DNA of 51,615 bases from an uncultured Candidatus Saccharibacteria bacterium (GCA_964518965.1 CAZFJP010000001.1:1-51615), one strand, 5' to 3'. Shown: positions 12,176 to 21,769, counted from the stretch's first letter. A program made the numbers and translations. The notes: generated by a model not told the origin, from the letters alone.

Positions 12176-12201
12176 AAGGCAGCTCTCTTAGCTGCCTTTT
12201 T
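12176..12201 (+). terminator. gyrA terminator
   Basis: AAGGCAGCT-CTCTT-AGCTGCCTT followed by TTT. Confidence 0.85.
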
Positions 12202-12202
12202 G

Positions 12203-12236
12203 GTAGGAAAATTCTGCCATTCAGCAGGATTCTTAC
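12203..12236. repeat. Degenerate GTAG-type REP-like palindrome
   Basis: GTAGGAAAATTCTGC-CATTCA-GCAGGATTCTTAC. Confidence 0.45.
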
Positions 12237-12263
12237 TTTTAAATGAATGATGGATTAAGGTTA

Positions 12264-12542
12264 AGAAAAACCCCGACGCAAGATGCACGTCGGGGTAAGA
12301 AAAGGGTAGGGGGTGGGGGTGCCCGCCCCCGGTTTAAGATACTATGAGAGGGAGGTGGACAAAGTAGAATGGCGAGACGGGAGATCTACTGAATGCTAGA
12401 TCTCCGATCGCTATAATCTTTCCTTTGCTCCCTCTCGTTAAAGAAATTTCAGTCCTTTTTGGTTGGGAGTTTCTCCCTCCCAACGAAAAAGGGCTTAAAT
12501 AAGCGAAATTTTTAAAAGTCACTTTTTGGCTACGGCATGAAC
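12264..12542 (-). ncRNA. Candidate ~280-nt structured ncRNA of unrecognised family
   Basis: Minus-strand TTGACA(12576-12571)-17-TGCTATATT promoter, two long hairpins plus a short one, terminator CCCCGACG/CGTCGGGG with U-run, no credible ORF. Confidence 0.65.
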
Positions 12543-12626
12543 ACCCTAATATAGCATATCTGACTATCCTTGTCAAGTTTTACAGGTAAGATGAGGTTTG
12601 AAAGTTAGTTCAAACAAGCTACAATG

Positions 12627-12700
12627 AAAATTGACAATGTAAAATGGAGAATGGAAAATTTAGATTTAACATTCTACATTCTCCATTATACATATTACAT
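12627..12700. repeat. Inverted heptamer array
   Basis: ACAATGT AAAATGG AGAATGG AAAATTT / ATTCTAC ATTCTCC ATTATAC. Confidence 0.85.
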
Positions 12701-12709
12701 AACTAAAAA

Positions 12710-14386
12710 ATGTCTAACATTTTCTTAGAAATCGGAATCTTAATTGTTCTTGCAGGAGTAGGGGCACTGGTTGCTCGTTTGTTACGACAACCATTGATTC
12801 CACTCTATTTACTTGTCGGGATTTTAATTGGACCAGTTTTAAAACTGGTAAATAACCAAGAAGTAATTTTAACTTTTTCCGAAATTGGTATTGCTCTACT
12901 TTTATTTGTTGTTGGATTAAAAATTGATTTAAGTAAATTAAAAAGCGTTGCTAAAATTGTAATTTATGGGGGAATAATTAAATTTATTCTTCTTGCTTTG
13001 CTAGGGTTTTTATTGGCAAAGTTCTTAAACTTTAGTTATCCCGCTTCGCTTTATTTGGGAATAGCAGTTGCTTTCGGTAGTACGATGGTGGTATTGAAAA
13101 TTCTTTCTGACCGTCAGGAGCTTAACTCTTTACATGGAAGACTAGTAACTGGCTTCTTACTCTTGGAGGATGTTTTAATTGTCTTAACATTTACGATATT
13201 TTCCAGTTTGGGAGATTTCTCTTTCCTAAGCTTAGTTCTTGCTTTGGGGAAGGGTATTGGTCTGCTTCTTTTGGTTGTTCTTTTCAGCCGTTTGGTCTTT
13301 CCTTGGCTTTTCCGCTACGCTTCCCAGAATGAAGAGTTATTGCTAATTCTTGCGATTGGTTGTTGTTTTGGATTTGCAATGCTAGCTTATTTTCTTGGTT
13401 TTTCAATTGCGATTGGTGCTTTTTTTGCAGGGGTAGGATTAGCTAATCTTCCTTATCATTTTGCCATTGCTGGCAAAGCAAAAATCCTCCGCGATTTCTT
13501 TGCAGCAATTTTCTTTGTTGCCTTGGGGATGCAAGTAGTATTAAGTAGTCTTAGAACAATTCTTGTTCCTTTGATTGCTTTTACTCTTTTTGTCATTATT
13601 GTTAATCCCCTAATGACCTCTTTGATTACGGGAATTTTTGGTTATCGCCGGCGTACTATTTTTCTTACAGCAGTATTTTTAATTCCCACTAGTGAGTTTG
13701 CTTTAATCATGGTTGCTGAAGGAGTTAAGCGTAATGTGATTGATCATAATGTTTTTGCTCTGGTGGTAGGACTAGCGATGGTTACAATTACAGCGGTTTC
13801 CTATCTAACGAAGTTTGACTGGCAGTTTTATCAGATACTTAAATGGCCAATGTTTTTATTTGAAAAGTTGAACAAGCGTAAGGTAGAAACGATAGCGCTT
13901 CATCCTCATCGTGACCACGAAAAGAAAATTGTTCTTTGCGGTGTCGATCGTCTCGGCCATAAAATTTTACACGCTTTGAGAAGTATGGGAGAAGAGGTTT
14001 TGGCGGTTGATTTAAACCCTGATATTGCTGAAAAACTAGCCCAACAAAAAATCCCCGTTTTGTATGGAGATATCAACGATCCGGAGATTCTGCAAAAGGT
14101 AGAGCTAAGACACACTAAAGCGATTATTTCTACGATCCCTGATAAACATGACAACTTATTACTTTTAGAATTAGTCGGAAAATCACGTCGGATTATAGTT
14201 TGTGTCACCGCATCTAATGCTTCTGATGCGTTGGAGTTCTACAAACGAGGTGCGGACTATGTGATTATCCCCAAATTTTTAGGCGGAGAATATATGGCAT
14301 TATTTCTAAAGAGTTTGGATAAGCGTTTTGATAGAATCAGAAATCGTCGCAAAGGACACTTAAAAGAGTTAAAGCTTTTAGTGTAG
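12710..14386 (+). CDS. CPA2 (Kef-type) cation:proton antiporter with C-terminal TrkA-N/RCK domain
   Basis: Many TM helices, FGSTMVVLKIL, LLLED, RDFFAAIFFVALG; C-terminal IVLCGVDRLG...YGD...GADYVI. Confidence 0.9.
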   Translation: MSNIFLEIGILIVLAGVGALVARLLRQPLIPLYLLVGILIGPVLKLVNNQEVILTFSEIGIALLLFVVGLKIDLSKLKSVAKIVIYGGIIKFILLALLGFLLAKFLNFSYPASLYLGIAVAFGSTMVVLKILSDRQELNSLHGRLVTGFLLLEDVLIVLTFTIFSSLGDFSFLSLVLALGKGIGLLLLVVLFSRLVFPWLFRYASQNEELLLILAIGCCFGFAMLAYFLGFSIAIGAFFAGVGLANLPYHFAIAGKAKILRDFFAAIFFVALGMQVVLSSLRTILVPLIAFTLFVIIVNPLMTSLITGIFGYRRRTIFLTAVFLIPTSEFALIMVAEGVKRNVIDHNVFALVVGLAMVTITAVSYLTKFDWQFYQILKWPMFLFEKLNKRKVETIALHPHRDHEKKIVLCGVDRLGHKILHALRSMGEEVLAVDLNPDIAEKLAQQKIPVLYGDINDPEILQKVELRHTKAIISTIPDKHDNLLLLELVGKSRRIIVCVTASNASDALEFYKRGADYVIIPKFLGGEYMALFLKSLDKRFDRIRNRRKGHLKELKLLV

Positions 14387-14410
14387 TTTGTAGAATGATA
14401 GGCGGGTAAT

Positions 14411-14926
14411 TTATTTATGTCTTTCCACAGTGAACCGTTCGATATAGAGCGGTTCTTTTTTGTAATGAATTCCTGCTTTGTCACAGGCAATTGCTAATTG
14501 AGTTTCAACGTCATTGACGCCTTCCAGATTAGGAAGCAATAACCCGCGGTAGCCGAATTTGTTTTCAACAATGATGCCGTATTTTTTGGGATCTAATTCT
14601 TTTAAACTTTTTATGGGTTCTGGTTTGTTTAAAACATCTACAGAATATTCTAGGTCTTTTAACTCACTTTCTTCCACCGGACAGAAGCGTAAATCTTGTG
14701 TTGCTGCGGAGATTGCATTATTAATGATTTCGGCAGCAATGTTCTTTTGAGTTGGAAGAAAAGTACCAATGCATCCTCGTAGCTCTCCTTTTTTCTTCAG
14801 TGAAACAAAAACCCCTGCTTGTTTCTCGGTCATCTCTTTGGGCAAACCTTTCGGCACTTTAATTACTTTCTTATCTTTGACATAGTTTTCAATTGTCTCT
14901 TTCGCAAGCTTAGTATATTGATCCAT
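14411..14926 (-). CDS. amrA: AmmeMemoRadiSam system protein A (AMMECR1 domain)
   Basis: GVFVSL, LRGCIGT, DLRF, GLLLP. Confidence 0.93.
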   Translation of the reverse strand: MDQYTKLAKETIENYVKDKKVIKVPKGLPKEMTEKQAGVFVSLKKKGELRGCIGTFLPTQKNIAAEIINNAISAATQDLRFCPVEESELKDLEYSVDVLNKPEPIKSLKELDPKKYGIIVENKFGYRGLLLPNLEGVNDVETQLAIACDKAGIHYKKEPLYIERFTVERHK

Positions 14927-14946
14927 TATAATTTGTTTATAAAGTG

Positions 14947-15010
14947 TGTCATACCTGCGAAAGCAGGCATCCAGAAATGATTCTGGATTCCCGCTTGTGC
15001 GGGAATGACA
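14947..15010. repeat. Composite palindromic element (GTCATTCCCGC...GGGAATGAC class, REP/RPE/dRS3-like)
   Basis: TGTCATACCTGCGAAAGCAGGCATCCAG-AAATGATT-CTGGATTCCCGCTTGTGCGGGAATGACA: two sub-hairpins inside one inverted repeat. Confidence 0.85.
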
Positions 15011-15011
15011 T

Positions 15012-15821
15012 TTAATCTTTGATGATAAATTTTCCTACTAAATAACCAACACCGAATGGTCCTTCATAAGATAATTTTTCAAAGTGATAACTAAAATTAC
15101 TAACAATTCCTAAGAGAATCACAATCGAACGTAAACCACACTGACCAGCTTCTTCAATAAAATAAGGATCTAAGTTAAGGATTTCTTCTATTTGATTTTT
15201 TTCTAATAACTTAATTAATTTATCATCAAATTCTTTGCCTTTGGGATTATATCCAGCCGGCGCGTCATAAGTCAAGCAGTGAGACAAATCACCACTCGCG
15301 ACAAAAGTAATTTTCTTTTTACTTTCTTTGATAATTTTCCCGAGTGTTTGTCCGAAATCATAGTGACTTCTTAAATCAAGCATTGAGAAAGTCAAAGGCA
15401 GTAGCTTAAATTTGTTATACCCTTCGCTTAAATAGTAAAGCGGCACAATCATACCATGGTCAAGATTTTGTTCGGGGGTTAACTCGGAGTATAGCTCGGG
15501 GTTGATTACCGCGAGATTACCTAGGTTACTTCTAATCTCCTCGGTTAGTTCTTGGTCTTGATTAAACTTTAATCTGATGCCGTAGGCGCCAAAGGTTCCT
15601 AAGTCACCTTGGTAAACAGGAAAATCGTACATACCAAATATGTTATCTTCAAATATTCCATGTGGTGAAACAATTAAAACAGTTTCTGGTTTTAATTCTG
15701 CCATTTCTTTTGCTAATTCTTTCATTGCCAGAACTGTATTTTTAATCGTATCCAAATTACTTCCACCAATTTCGGGGATGAGAATGGGGGGATGAGGTGT
15801 GATGTAGGCTAAAACTAACAT
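15012..15821 (-). CDS. amrB: AmmeMemoRadiSam system protein B (Memo/LigB-like fold)
   Basis: PHPP, SPH, LDHG, ASGDLSH, CGLRS, YEGPFGVGY; start moved to ATG 15821 because the upstream extension is the heptamer array. Confidence 0.9.
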   Translation of the reverse strand: MLVLAYITPHPPILIPEIGGSNLDTIKNTVLAMKELAKEMAELKPETVLIVSPHGIFEDNIFGMYDFPVYQGDLGTFGAYGIRLKFNQDQELTEEIRSNLGNLAVINPELYSELTPEQNLDHGMIVPLYYLSEGYNKFKLLPLTFSMLDLRSHYDFGQTLGKIIKESKKKITFVASGDLSHCLTYDAPAGYNPKGKEFDDKLIKLLEKNQIEEILNLDPYFIEEAGQCGLRSIVILLGIVSNFSYHFEKLSYEGPFGVGYLVGKFIIKD

Positions 15822-15897
15822 AATGTAGAACGTAAAATGGAGAATGGAGAATGTGAAGAAAAGACATTTTCCATTCTCCATTATCCATTATACATTT
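15822..15897. repeat. Inverted heptamer array
   Basis: AATGTAG AACGTAA AATGGAG AATGGAG AATGTGA / ATTTTCC ATTCTCC ATTATCC ATTATAC. Confidence 0.9.
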
Positions 15898-16797
15898 TTA
15901 GACATTTCCAATATAAACATACTTCAATCCTGCCTTTTTACCGATTTTTTGTGCCATTTCTAAGGTTTTGATTGGTGTTGCAGGCAAGTTTTTTAGTTTT
16001 GCCTGGGGGAAAAAGCGGGTAACATGCCAAGGGGTTTCCGGACCTAAATTTTTTACAACCCAGCTGGCGATTTTCTTGAGGTTATCAGAGGAATCGTTCA
16101 GAGTTGGAACAATGTTAGTAACAATTTCCACGTGCATTTTCCATTTTTCTTTTGCTAATTTCGTCACTTTGAGGATTTCTTTAATATCGCCAATGTTAGC
16201 AACTTTGTGATAAAACTCATTATCAAAACTTTTGATATCAACACGGTAAGCGTCGAGGTAAGGTCCGATTAAATTTAATTGCTCTTCGGTCATATAACCA
16301 TTAGTAACATAGACCGTATAATAATTCTTGAGTTGAGGATGCTCTTTAATTTCCTTCATTACATCTAAATTGAACTCTAACCAGATCGCTGGTTCATTAT
16401 AAGTAAAAGCGACACCAGCTGATCCGGTTTCCTGCATCATTTTCACTACTTGTTTGGGGGTGATTTTTTTAATCGTTTGGCCGAGGAATTGAATCTTTTT
16501 GTGATCGGTGTAAGAAATATCCCAGTTTTGGCAAAAGGTGCAACGAAAGTTACATCCGTAGGTGCCCAATGATAAAACTATTGTTCCTGGATGAAAATGG
16601 TAAAGCGGTTTCTTTTCAATCGGGTCTACGTTAATCGCTGAAGCGATTCCATAAATCAAAGTGTAAAGTTCGCCCTTTACATTTTTACGGGTGCCACAAA
16701 ATCCCGTGCCGCCTTCCGGGATTTTGCAGTATCTCTGACAGGTGTAACACTGCACGTAGTTGTTGGATAATTTCTTGTACAGTAATGCCTTTTTCAT
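15898..16797 (-). CDS. amrS: AmmeMemoRadiSam radical SAM enzyme
   Basis: CxxC...C...CG, DPIEKKPLYHF, GCNFRCTFCQN, TYNEP, YVYIGNV; TATAAT 7 nt before ATG 16797 suggests a leaderless mRNA. Confidence 0.93.
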   Translation of the reverse strand: MKKALLYKKLSNNYVQCYTCQRYCKIPEGGTGFCGTRKNVKGELYTLIYGIASAINVDPIEKKPLYHFHPGTIVLSLGTYGCNFRCTFCQNWDISYTDHKKIQFLGQTIKKITPKQVVKMMQETGSAGVAFTYNEPAIWLEFNLDVMKEIKEHPQLKNYYTVYVTNGYMTEEQLNLIGPYLDAYRVDIKSFDNEFYHKVANIGDIKEILKVTKLAKEKWKMHVEIVTNIVPTLNDSSDNLKKIASWVVKNLGPETPWHVTRFFPQAKLKNLPATPIKTLEMAQKIGKKAGLKYVYIGNV

Positions 16798-16816
16798 CAC
16801 CTTCATTATAGCGCAG

Positions 16817-16845
16817 TTGCTTTTTCTTGCCATCTTTGCTATATT
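16817..16845 (+). promoter_or_regulatory. Promoter of ORFan islet
   Basis: TTGCTT-17-TATATT with extended TG; boxA-like TGTTCCTTAAAAC at 16868. Confidence 0.6.
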
Positions 16846-16896
16846 ACTTTCTTGACTCTATCGTTAATGTTCCTTAAAACTTAGGAGGTTAAGATC

Positions 16897-17031
16897 TTGG
16901 CTGATTCCAACAGGGTCAATAATAACGGGAATCCCAAGCCTTTCCCCAAACGCTGTTCTCGCTGGATTATAGCTGATCGTAACAGTCACAATGGCGCGAA
17001 GCGAGAAGTAGAAAGACGGAGGAGGAAATAG
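16897..17031 (+). CDS. Putative 44-aa basic peptide (not in ORF track)
   Basis: AGGAGG SD then TTG start; MADSNRVNNNGNPKPFPKRCSRWIIADRNSHNGAKREVERRRRK; 3' end holds the SD of the next ORF. Confidence 0.5.
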   Translation: MADSNRVNNNGNPKPFPKRCSRWIIADRNSHNGAKREVERRRRK

Positions 17032-17033
17032 CT

Positions 17034-17243
17034 ATGCTTCGACTTTGGTTCGGCTCGTTATTTTTCGCGTTTGCTTTTGTAACAGCAATCGCTTTTTGTC
17101 CTTTCCGTGATTAACAGTTAATTTCCGACCATTACTGGGGAAAGCTTCGCCATTGGATAGGCTGGGTGATCATTTTGCTGATTGCGATTGGATCACTCGC
17201 TCTTATTACAGTCAGGTGCAGAAAAGAAAGAACCATTACCTAA
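17034..17243 (+). pseudogene. Small two-TM protein gene with internal TAA
   Basis: GGAGG SD, ATG, hydrophobic helix, TAA at 17112-17114, frame continues through a second helix to a TAA overlapping the next SD. Confidence 0.6.
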
Positions 17244-17252
17244 GGAGGAATT

Positions 17253-17588
17253 ATGAAAGGTCCTTTAAAAGTGCCGATGATTATTTGTATAATCATCGTT
17301 GCTATTTACACGATCCCGATGGTCCGGTTCCCTTTCCCGAATCCGATTTCCTGGAATCACGGGAATTACGAGCTGGTTATCCCGCTACCTTGGGGGATGA
17401 CCGATTGGGTAACGCGGACGGAATATTTTCTTTTCTTCGGGGTCATCTGGCTTGCGACGGTCATCTTAGGCGTCTGCTACTTTATTAACCAGGAACAAGA
17501 ACTAGCGGAATACGGCCTTATAGCGGGAGCTTTCCAAAGCCCCCGCTTTTTATTTTTTTATTTTCCGGGTACCGTACAGTATATCTAG
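17253..17588 (+). CDS. Hypothetical two-TM protein; frame runs through the terminator
   Basis: AAGGAGG SD; two hydrophobic helices. Confidence 0.6.
   Translation: MKGPLKVPMIICIIIVAIYTIPMVRFPFPNPISWNHGNYELVIPLPWGMTDWVTRTEYFLFFGVIWLATVILGVCYFINQEQELAEYGLIAGAFQSPRFLFFYFPGTVQYI
17522..17560 (+). terminator. Islet terminator
   Basis: AGCGGGAGCTTT-CC-AAAGCCCCCGCT followed by T-run. Confidence 0.7.
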
Positions 17589-17589
17589 T

Positions 17590-17618
17590 TTGCTTTTTTC
17601 TACTCAATATCCTATAAT
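17590..17618 (+). promoter_or_regulatory. rpsA promoter
   Basis: TTGCTT-17-TATAAT, ~100-nt leader. Confidence 0.7.
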
Positions 17619-17721
17619 AAAACTGCCTTCGTTGCTATCCAATTAGGACGAAGACATGTATTTTATCATTAACCCGCGCTTTTCCTTGGCGCACTAAAAA
17701 AGAAAGGATTTTTTTAATACT

Positions 17722-18963
17722 ATGGTAAAAATAACTTCTGTTCAAAACGGATCTACTGCGGGGGGAGAAAGAACTAAAAAAACTCTCCGTGTAGCAGAGC
17801 TTGCCTCTGGCGAGAAAGAATCTTTTGAGGATCTTGTGGAGGATTATGTTAAGGACATTCCTCTCATTAAAGAAAATGAAACGGTCAAAGGAAAGATTAT
17901 GGAAATTAGAGATAACCAAGTGCTTTTAGATATCAATGGTATAACAACCGGCATTATCAATGGCCGGGAATTAAACGATGGCTTGGGTACGATGGAAGAG
18001 TTAAAGGTGGGTGATGAAGTGACAGCAACCGTGATTGAATTAGAAAATGAAGATGGGCAAATGATTCTCTCCCTTCGTCAAGCTGGTCGTGAGAAACTCT
18101 GGGAGATGTTGAAAGAAAGAATGGAGAAGAAAACTCCATTTGATTGTGAAGTGGTGGAAGCCAACAAAGGTGGTTTGATGATGGAAGTTGGCGGCATCAA
18201 AGGGTTTTTGCCTGTTTCTCAATTAATTCCTGAGCACTATCCAAGAGTAGAAGGTGGTAACAAGGAAGAAATCCTAAATCGTCTGCAAGAATTTGTTGGT
18301 AAGAAGTTACGTGTTACGATTATTAGTGTTGACCCGCAGGAGAGAAAGTTGATTCTTTCCGAAAAAGAAGCCATTCGTGAGAAACAAGAAAAGAAGCTGA
18401 GACAACTCAAAAAGGGCAAAGTTGTGGAAGGAATTGTCAGCGGTGTGGTAGACTTTGGCTTTTTTGTGCAATTTGACGGTCTGGAAGGTTTGGTGCACAT
18501 TTCTGAAATCAGCTGGGATAAAGTAGATCATCCTTCTGATTATGTTAAAGTTGGTGACAAAGTAAAAGTTTCCGTTCTGGGTATTGATGGCGATCGTGTT
18601 TCTTTAAGCATGAAACGTCTTACTAAAGATCCGTGGGTGGAGGAAGCGAAGAAGTATAAAGTTGGCGAAGTAGTAGGGGGTGAAGTAACTAAAGTTACTC
18701 CCTTTGGCGCCTTTATAAAGTTAGGTAAAAGGATTGATGGTCTAGTTCATATTTCTGAGTTGTCTGAAGATAAAATTGACCATCCGGAAGAGATTCTGAA
18801 AGTGGGAAGCAAGATGAAATTTAAGATTATCTCCCTGGAACCAGAGGAGCATAGGTTGGGATTGAGCTTAAAGGCGTTGATAGGGAAACCTAAAAAGCTT
18901 ACAGAAAGTAAATCTATCTCTAGCGGAAAGGTAAGGAAGGATGCAGAAAAGAAATCAAAGTAA
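17722..18963 (+). CDS. rpsA: 30S ribosomal protein S1 (4 S1 domains)
   Basis: NKGGL, GFLPVSQL, GLVHISEISW, GLVHISELS. Confidence 0.93.
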   Translation: MVKITSVQNGSTAGGERTKKTLRVAELASGEKESFEDLVEDYVKDIPLIKENETVKGKIMEIRDNQVLLDINGITTGIINGRELNDGLGTMEELKVGDEVTATVIELENEDGQMILSLRQAGREKLWEMLKERMEKKTPFDCEVVEANKGGLMMEVGGIKGFLPVSQLIPEHYPRVEGGNKEEILNRLQEFVGKKLRVTIISVDPQERKLILSEKEAIREKQEKKLRQLKKGKVVEGIVSGVVDFGFFVQFDGLEGLVHISEISWDKVDHPSDYVKVGDKVKVSVLGIDGDRVSLSMKRLTKDPWVEEAKKYKVGEVVGGEVTKVTPFGAFIKLGKRIDGLVHISELSEDKIDHPEEILKVGSKMKFKIISLEPEEHRLGLSLKALIGKPKKLTESKSISSGKVRKDAEKKSK

Positions 18964-19717
18964 AGAGTTGCGATTTGCAATTAGTTTAGCGAGAAAAGCT
19001 GGAAAGATTCTGATGGTGGATTTTGGTATGGCTCACAAAGAAAAAGAGAAAGGTCGCTTTGGTTTGGTTACTGATACTGATTTGAAGTCAGAACGATTTA
19101 TTTTAGGTGAGATTAAAAAACATTACCCGGACTGCGATTATCTTTCCGAAGAAAAAGGAGGAAGTGAGAGACACTCTTGTTATCGTTGGATCATTGATCC
19201 ATTAGATGGAACTAACAATCATTTCTTTGGATTTCCAGCTTTTGCGGTAGCAATTGCTTTAGAAAAAAATCATTGTATTGAATTAGGTGTTGTTTATTTG
19301 CCTTATTGTGATTGGATGTTTTCAGCAGAACGTGGCAGGGGTGCTTATCTTAATAGTAACAGAATCAGGGTTAATCCCGGCAATATTGAAAAATTACCCT
19401 TTCTTTGTGATACACGTTTGAAATGGGAGAAAGAAAGTCGTTTAGGTGATTTGGATAAATTAGTAGATCACACTTTAAATGTTCGTATGTTTGGTTCTAC
19501 AGCGCAAAATCTCTGTTTTGTTGCGGCTGGTTGTGCGGGATTATTCATTGAGCGGGCGACAAAGCCATGGGATATTGCGGCAGGAGGATTGATTCTAGAA
19601 GAAGCTGGCGGTTGTATTACTGATTTTGAAGGAAGGCCGTTTAGTATTTACATGAAAAATCTCGTTGCAAGTAATTGTAAATCGCACCAAATTATTTTAA
19701 GAATGTTGAAGTCATAA
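18941..19717 (+). CDS. suhB: Inositol monophosphatase family protein (SuhB-like)
   Basis: LSEE, WIIDPLDGTNN, PWDIAAG..I.EEAGG. Confidence 0.85.
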   Translation: MQKRNQSKELRFAISLARKAGKILMVDFGMAHKEKEKGRFGLVTDTDLKSERFILGEIKKHYPDCDYLSEEKGGSERHSCYRWIIDPLDGTNNHFFGFPAFAVAIALEKNHCIELGVVYLPYCDWMFSAERGRGAYLNSNRIRVNPGNIEKLPFLCDTRLKWEKESRLGDLDKLVDHTLNVRMFGSTAQNLCFVAAGCAGLFIERATKPWDIAAGGLILEEAGGCITDFEGRPFSIYMKNLVASNCKSHQIILRMLKS

Positions 19718-19720
19718 ATT

Positions 19721-21691
19721 ATGGCTATTAAAATTAGAATGATTGCCCAAAAATTTGGTATGAGCGAGTATGAACTACGGAATAAGTTTTGTGAGTTTGG
19801 TTTTAAAGTTGACTCCAAGGAAGAAAAAATTGACGAGGGAACAGTTACGAAATTTGAAGAGAAGTTAAAAATGGAGATGGCTAAACAAGAAGAGGTCAAA
19901 CCGAAAAGAACCAAAACAATTGAGATCCCGAGAATAATTCCGGTAAAAGAATTAGCAGAACGGATGGAATTGCCAGTAACAACAGTTATCAGCGAACTCA
20001 TGAAAAATGGCTTAATGGTAACGATTAATGAGAATATTGATTTCGAAACCGCGGCGATTATTAGCGAGGATCTTGGTTTTAAGGTTAAGGAGGAAAAGAT
20101 AGATTTACTCAAAGCGGCGAAAGCAGGGCAAAAATTATTGATTGACGATTTACTTAAAGAAGAGAATGAAAAAGAATTAAAGAGTCGCGCGCCGGTAGTG
20201 ACTATTGTTGGCCATGTTGACCATGGCAAAACTACTTTGTTAGATGCAATTCGCGAAACTAACATTACTGCTAGTGAAGCTGGTGGTATTACTCAATATA
20301 TTAGTGCTTATCAAGTTAAAAAGAAAGGAAAATTAATTACTTTTATTGATACTCCCGGTCACGAAGCATTCCGTGATATGCGCGCACAAGGAACGAAAGT
20401 CACCGATATTGCAGTTTTGGTAGTTGCTGCCGATGAGGGAGTGAAATCACAAACAATTGAGGCGATTAAATACGTGCAAGAAGTAAAAGTACCAATCGTT
20501 GTCGCAATTACTAAAATTGATAAACCTAATGCCGATCCGGAAAAAGTGAAAAAGGAGTTGGCAGATTATGAAATTCTTTCTGATGAGTGGGGCGGGAAAG
20601 ATGTTTTTGTTCCGGTTTCGGGAGTAACCAAAGAAGGTATTGATGAGCTTTTAGAAATGATTTTGCTTATTGCAGAAATAGAGGACTTGAAGGCTAATCC
20701 TAATCGTTCTGCTGTTGGTACAGTGATTGAATCAAATTTGGAAAAAAGCCGTGGTCCGGTAGCAACAATTCTAATTCAAACTGGTACCTTAAAACAAGGT
20801 GATTTTGTTGTTATTGGTGAGACCCGCGGAAAAGTGCGTTTCATTGAGGATTTTTCAGGAAAGAGGGTGAATAGTGCCGGTCCCTCAACACCGGTTTTAA
20901 TCGGTGGGCTCTTAGCAGTGCCTAAAGTTGGAGATATTTTGCAGGTAGTGGAGAATGAAGCAGTGGCAAGAATGGTGGCAGAAAGTTTTCATCGTACCAA
21001 TGTAATTAAACAATTACAAAAAGAAAAAAAAGTCAGTTTAGATGAGCTTACAGCTCAAATTAAGGAAAGCAAGGTTAAAAAACTGCGTCTTGTTTTGAAA
21101 GCTGATGTTGCTGGTTCTTTAGAAGCGATTAAACAATGTTTGAAAGCAATTGGTACTAATGAAGTGGCTATTAGTTTGGTTCGTGCAGGTGTTGGTAATA
21201 TTGGAGAATCCGATGTAGACACTGCTCTTACGGCTGATCAAATTATTTTTGGTTTTAATGTTAACATTGATTCGGTTGCTAAAAAGTTAGCGCGGAGTGA
21301 AAAGGTGCAAATCTATCAATTCAAGGTTATTTATGAATTAATTGAGAAAGCCAAGGAACTTTTGAGTAAGCTTTTAAAACCCGAAGTAGTTGAAAATACT
21401 TTGGGAAGATTAAAGGTTTTGAAGATATTTAAAACTGGTAAGAAGGATATGATTTTTGGCGGAAAAGTAACGAAGGGAACAATTAAGCCCCATCATTTAG
21501 TACGTGTTTTGCGAGGCAAAGAGCAAATTGCTAAAGGCGAAATTGATTCTTTAGAGCAAGAAAAAAAAGCAATCTCAGAGGCAAAAATTGGAGCAGAGGT
21601 GGGAATGCATTATCTGGGTAATCCTGTTGTTCAGGAAGGTGATATTGTAGAGGTTTTTAGTCGAGCAGAGAAGAAAAGAAGTTTGAAGTAG
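19721..21691 (+). CDS. infB: Translation initiation factor IF-2
   Basis: GHVDHGKTTLLD, DTPGHEAF, KADVAGSLEA. Confidence 0.97.
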   Translation: MAIKIRMIAQKFGMSEYELRNKFCEFGFKVDSKEEKIDEGTVTKFEEKLKMEMAKQEEVKPKRTKTIEIPRIIPVKELAERMELPVTTVISELMKNGLMVTINENIDFETAAIISEDLGFKVKEEKIDLLKAAKAGQKLLIDDLLKEENEKELKSRAPVVTIVGHVDHGKTTLLDAIRETNITASEAGGITQYISAYQVKKKGKLITFIDTPGHEAFRDMRAQGTKVTDIAVLVVAADEGVKSQTIEAIKYVQEVKVPIVVAITKIDKPNADPEKVKKELADYEILSDEWGGKDVFVPVSGVTKEGIDELLEMILLIAEIEDLKANPNRSAVGTVIESNLEKSRGPVATILIQTGTLKQGDFVVIGETRGKVRFIEDFSGKRVNSAGPSTPVLIGGLLAVPKVGDILQVVENEAVARMVAESFHRTNVIKQLQKEKKVSLDELTAQIKESKVKKLRLVLKADVAGSLEAIKQCLKAIGTNEVAISLVRAGVGNIGESDVDTALTADQIIFGFNVNIDSVAKKLARSEKVQIYQFKVIYELIEKAKELLSKLLKPEVVENTLGRLKVLKIFKTGKKDMIFGGKVTKGTIKPHHLVRVLRGKEQIAKGEIDSLEQEKKAISEAKIGAEVGMHYLGNPVVQEGDIVEVFSRAEKKRSLK

Positions 21692-21769
21692 GATAGAGAT
21701 CAAGAATTAAAGGTCAAAGTTACTTGATCAATTATCTTTCTTTGAACTGTTTACTTTTAATCTGTTTTT

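Noticed and set aside
12304-12330. G-quadruplex
   Set aside because: Only three clear G-tracts, and they are explained by a hairpin and the pyrimidine tract of the minus-strand RNA.
12334-12576. 80-aa minus-strand ORF
   Set aside because: Its TTG start is the -35 box itself, upstream of the predicted TSS, with no RBS.
17112-17114. Stop-codon reassignment or readthrough
   Set aside because: TAA, TAG and TGA all terminate core genes here and RF2 is intact; a nonsense mutation is simpler.
17153-17488. Alternative-frame 111-aa ORF
   Set aside because: TTG start without SD; overlaps two SD-led membrane ORFs.
19648-20265. 205-aa antisense ORF and similar shadow ORFs inside smc, gyrAB, rpsA, ftsI, murF and trxA
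   Set aside because: They are mirror frames of conserved genes with no independent signals.
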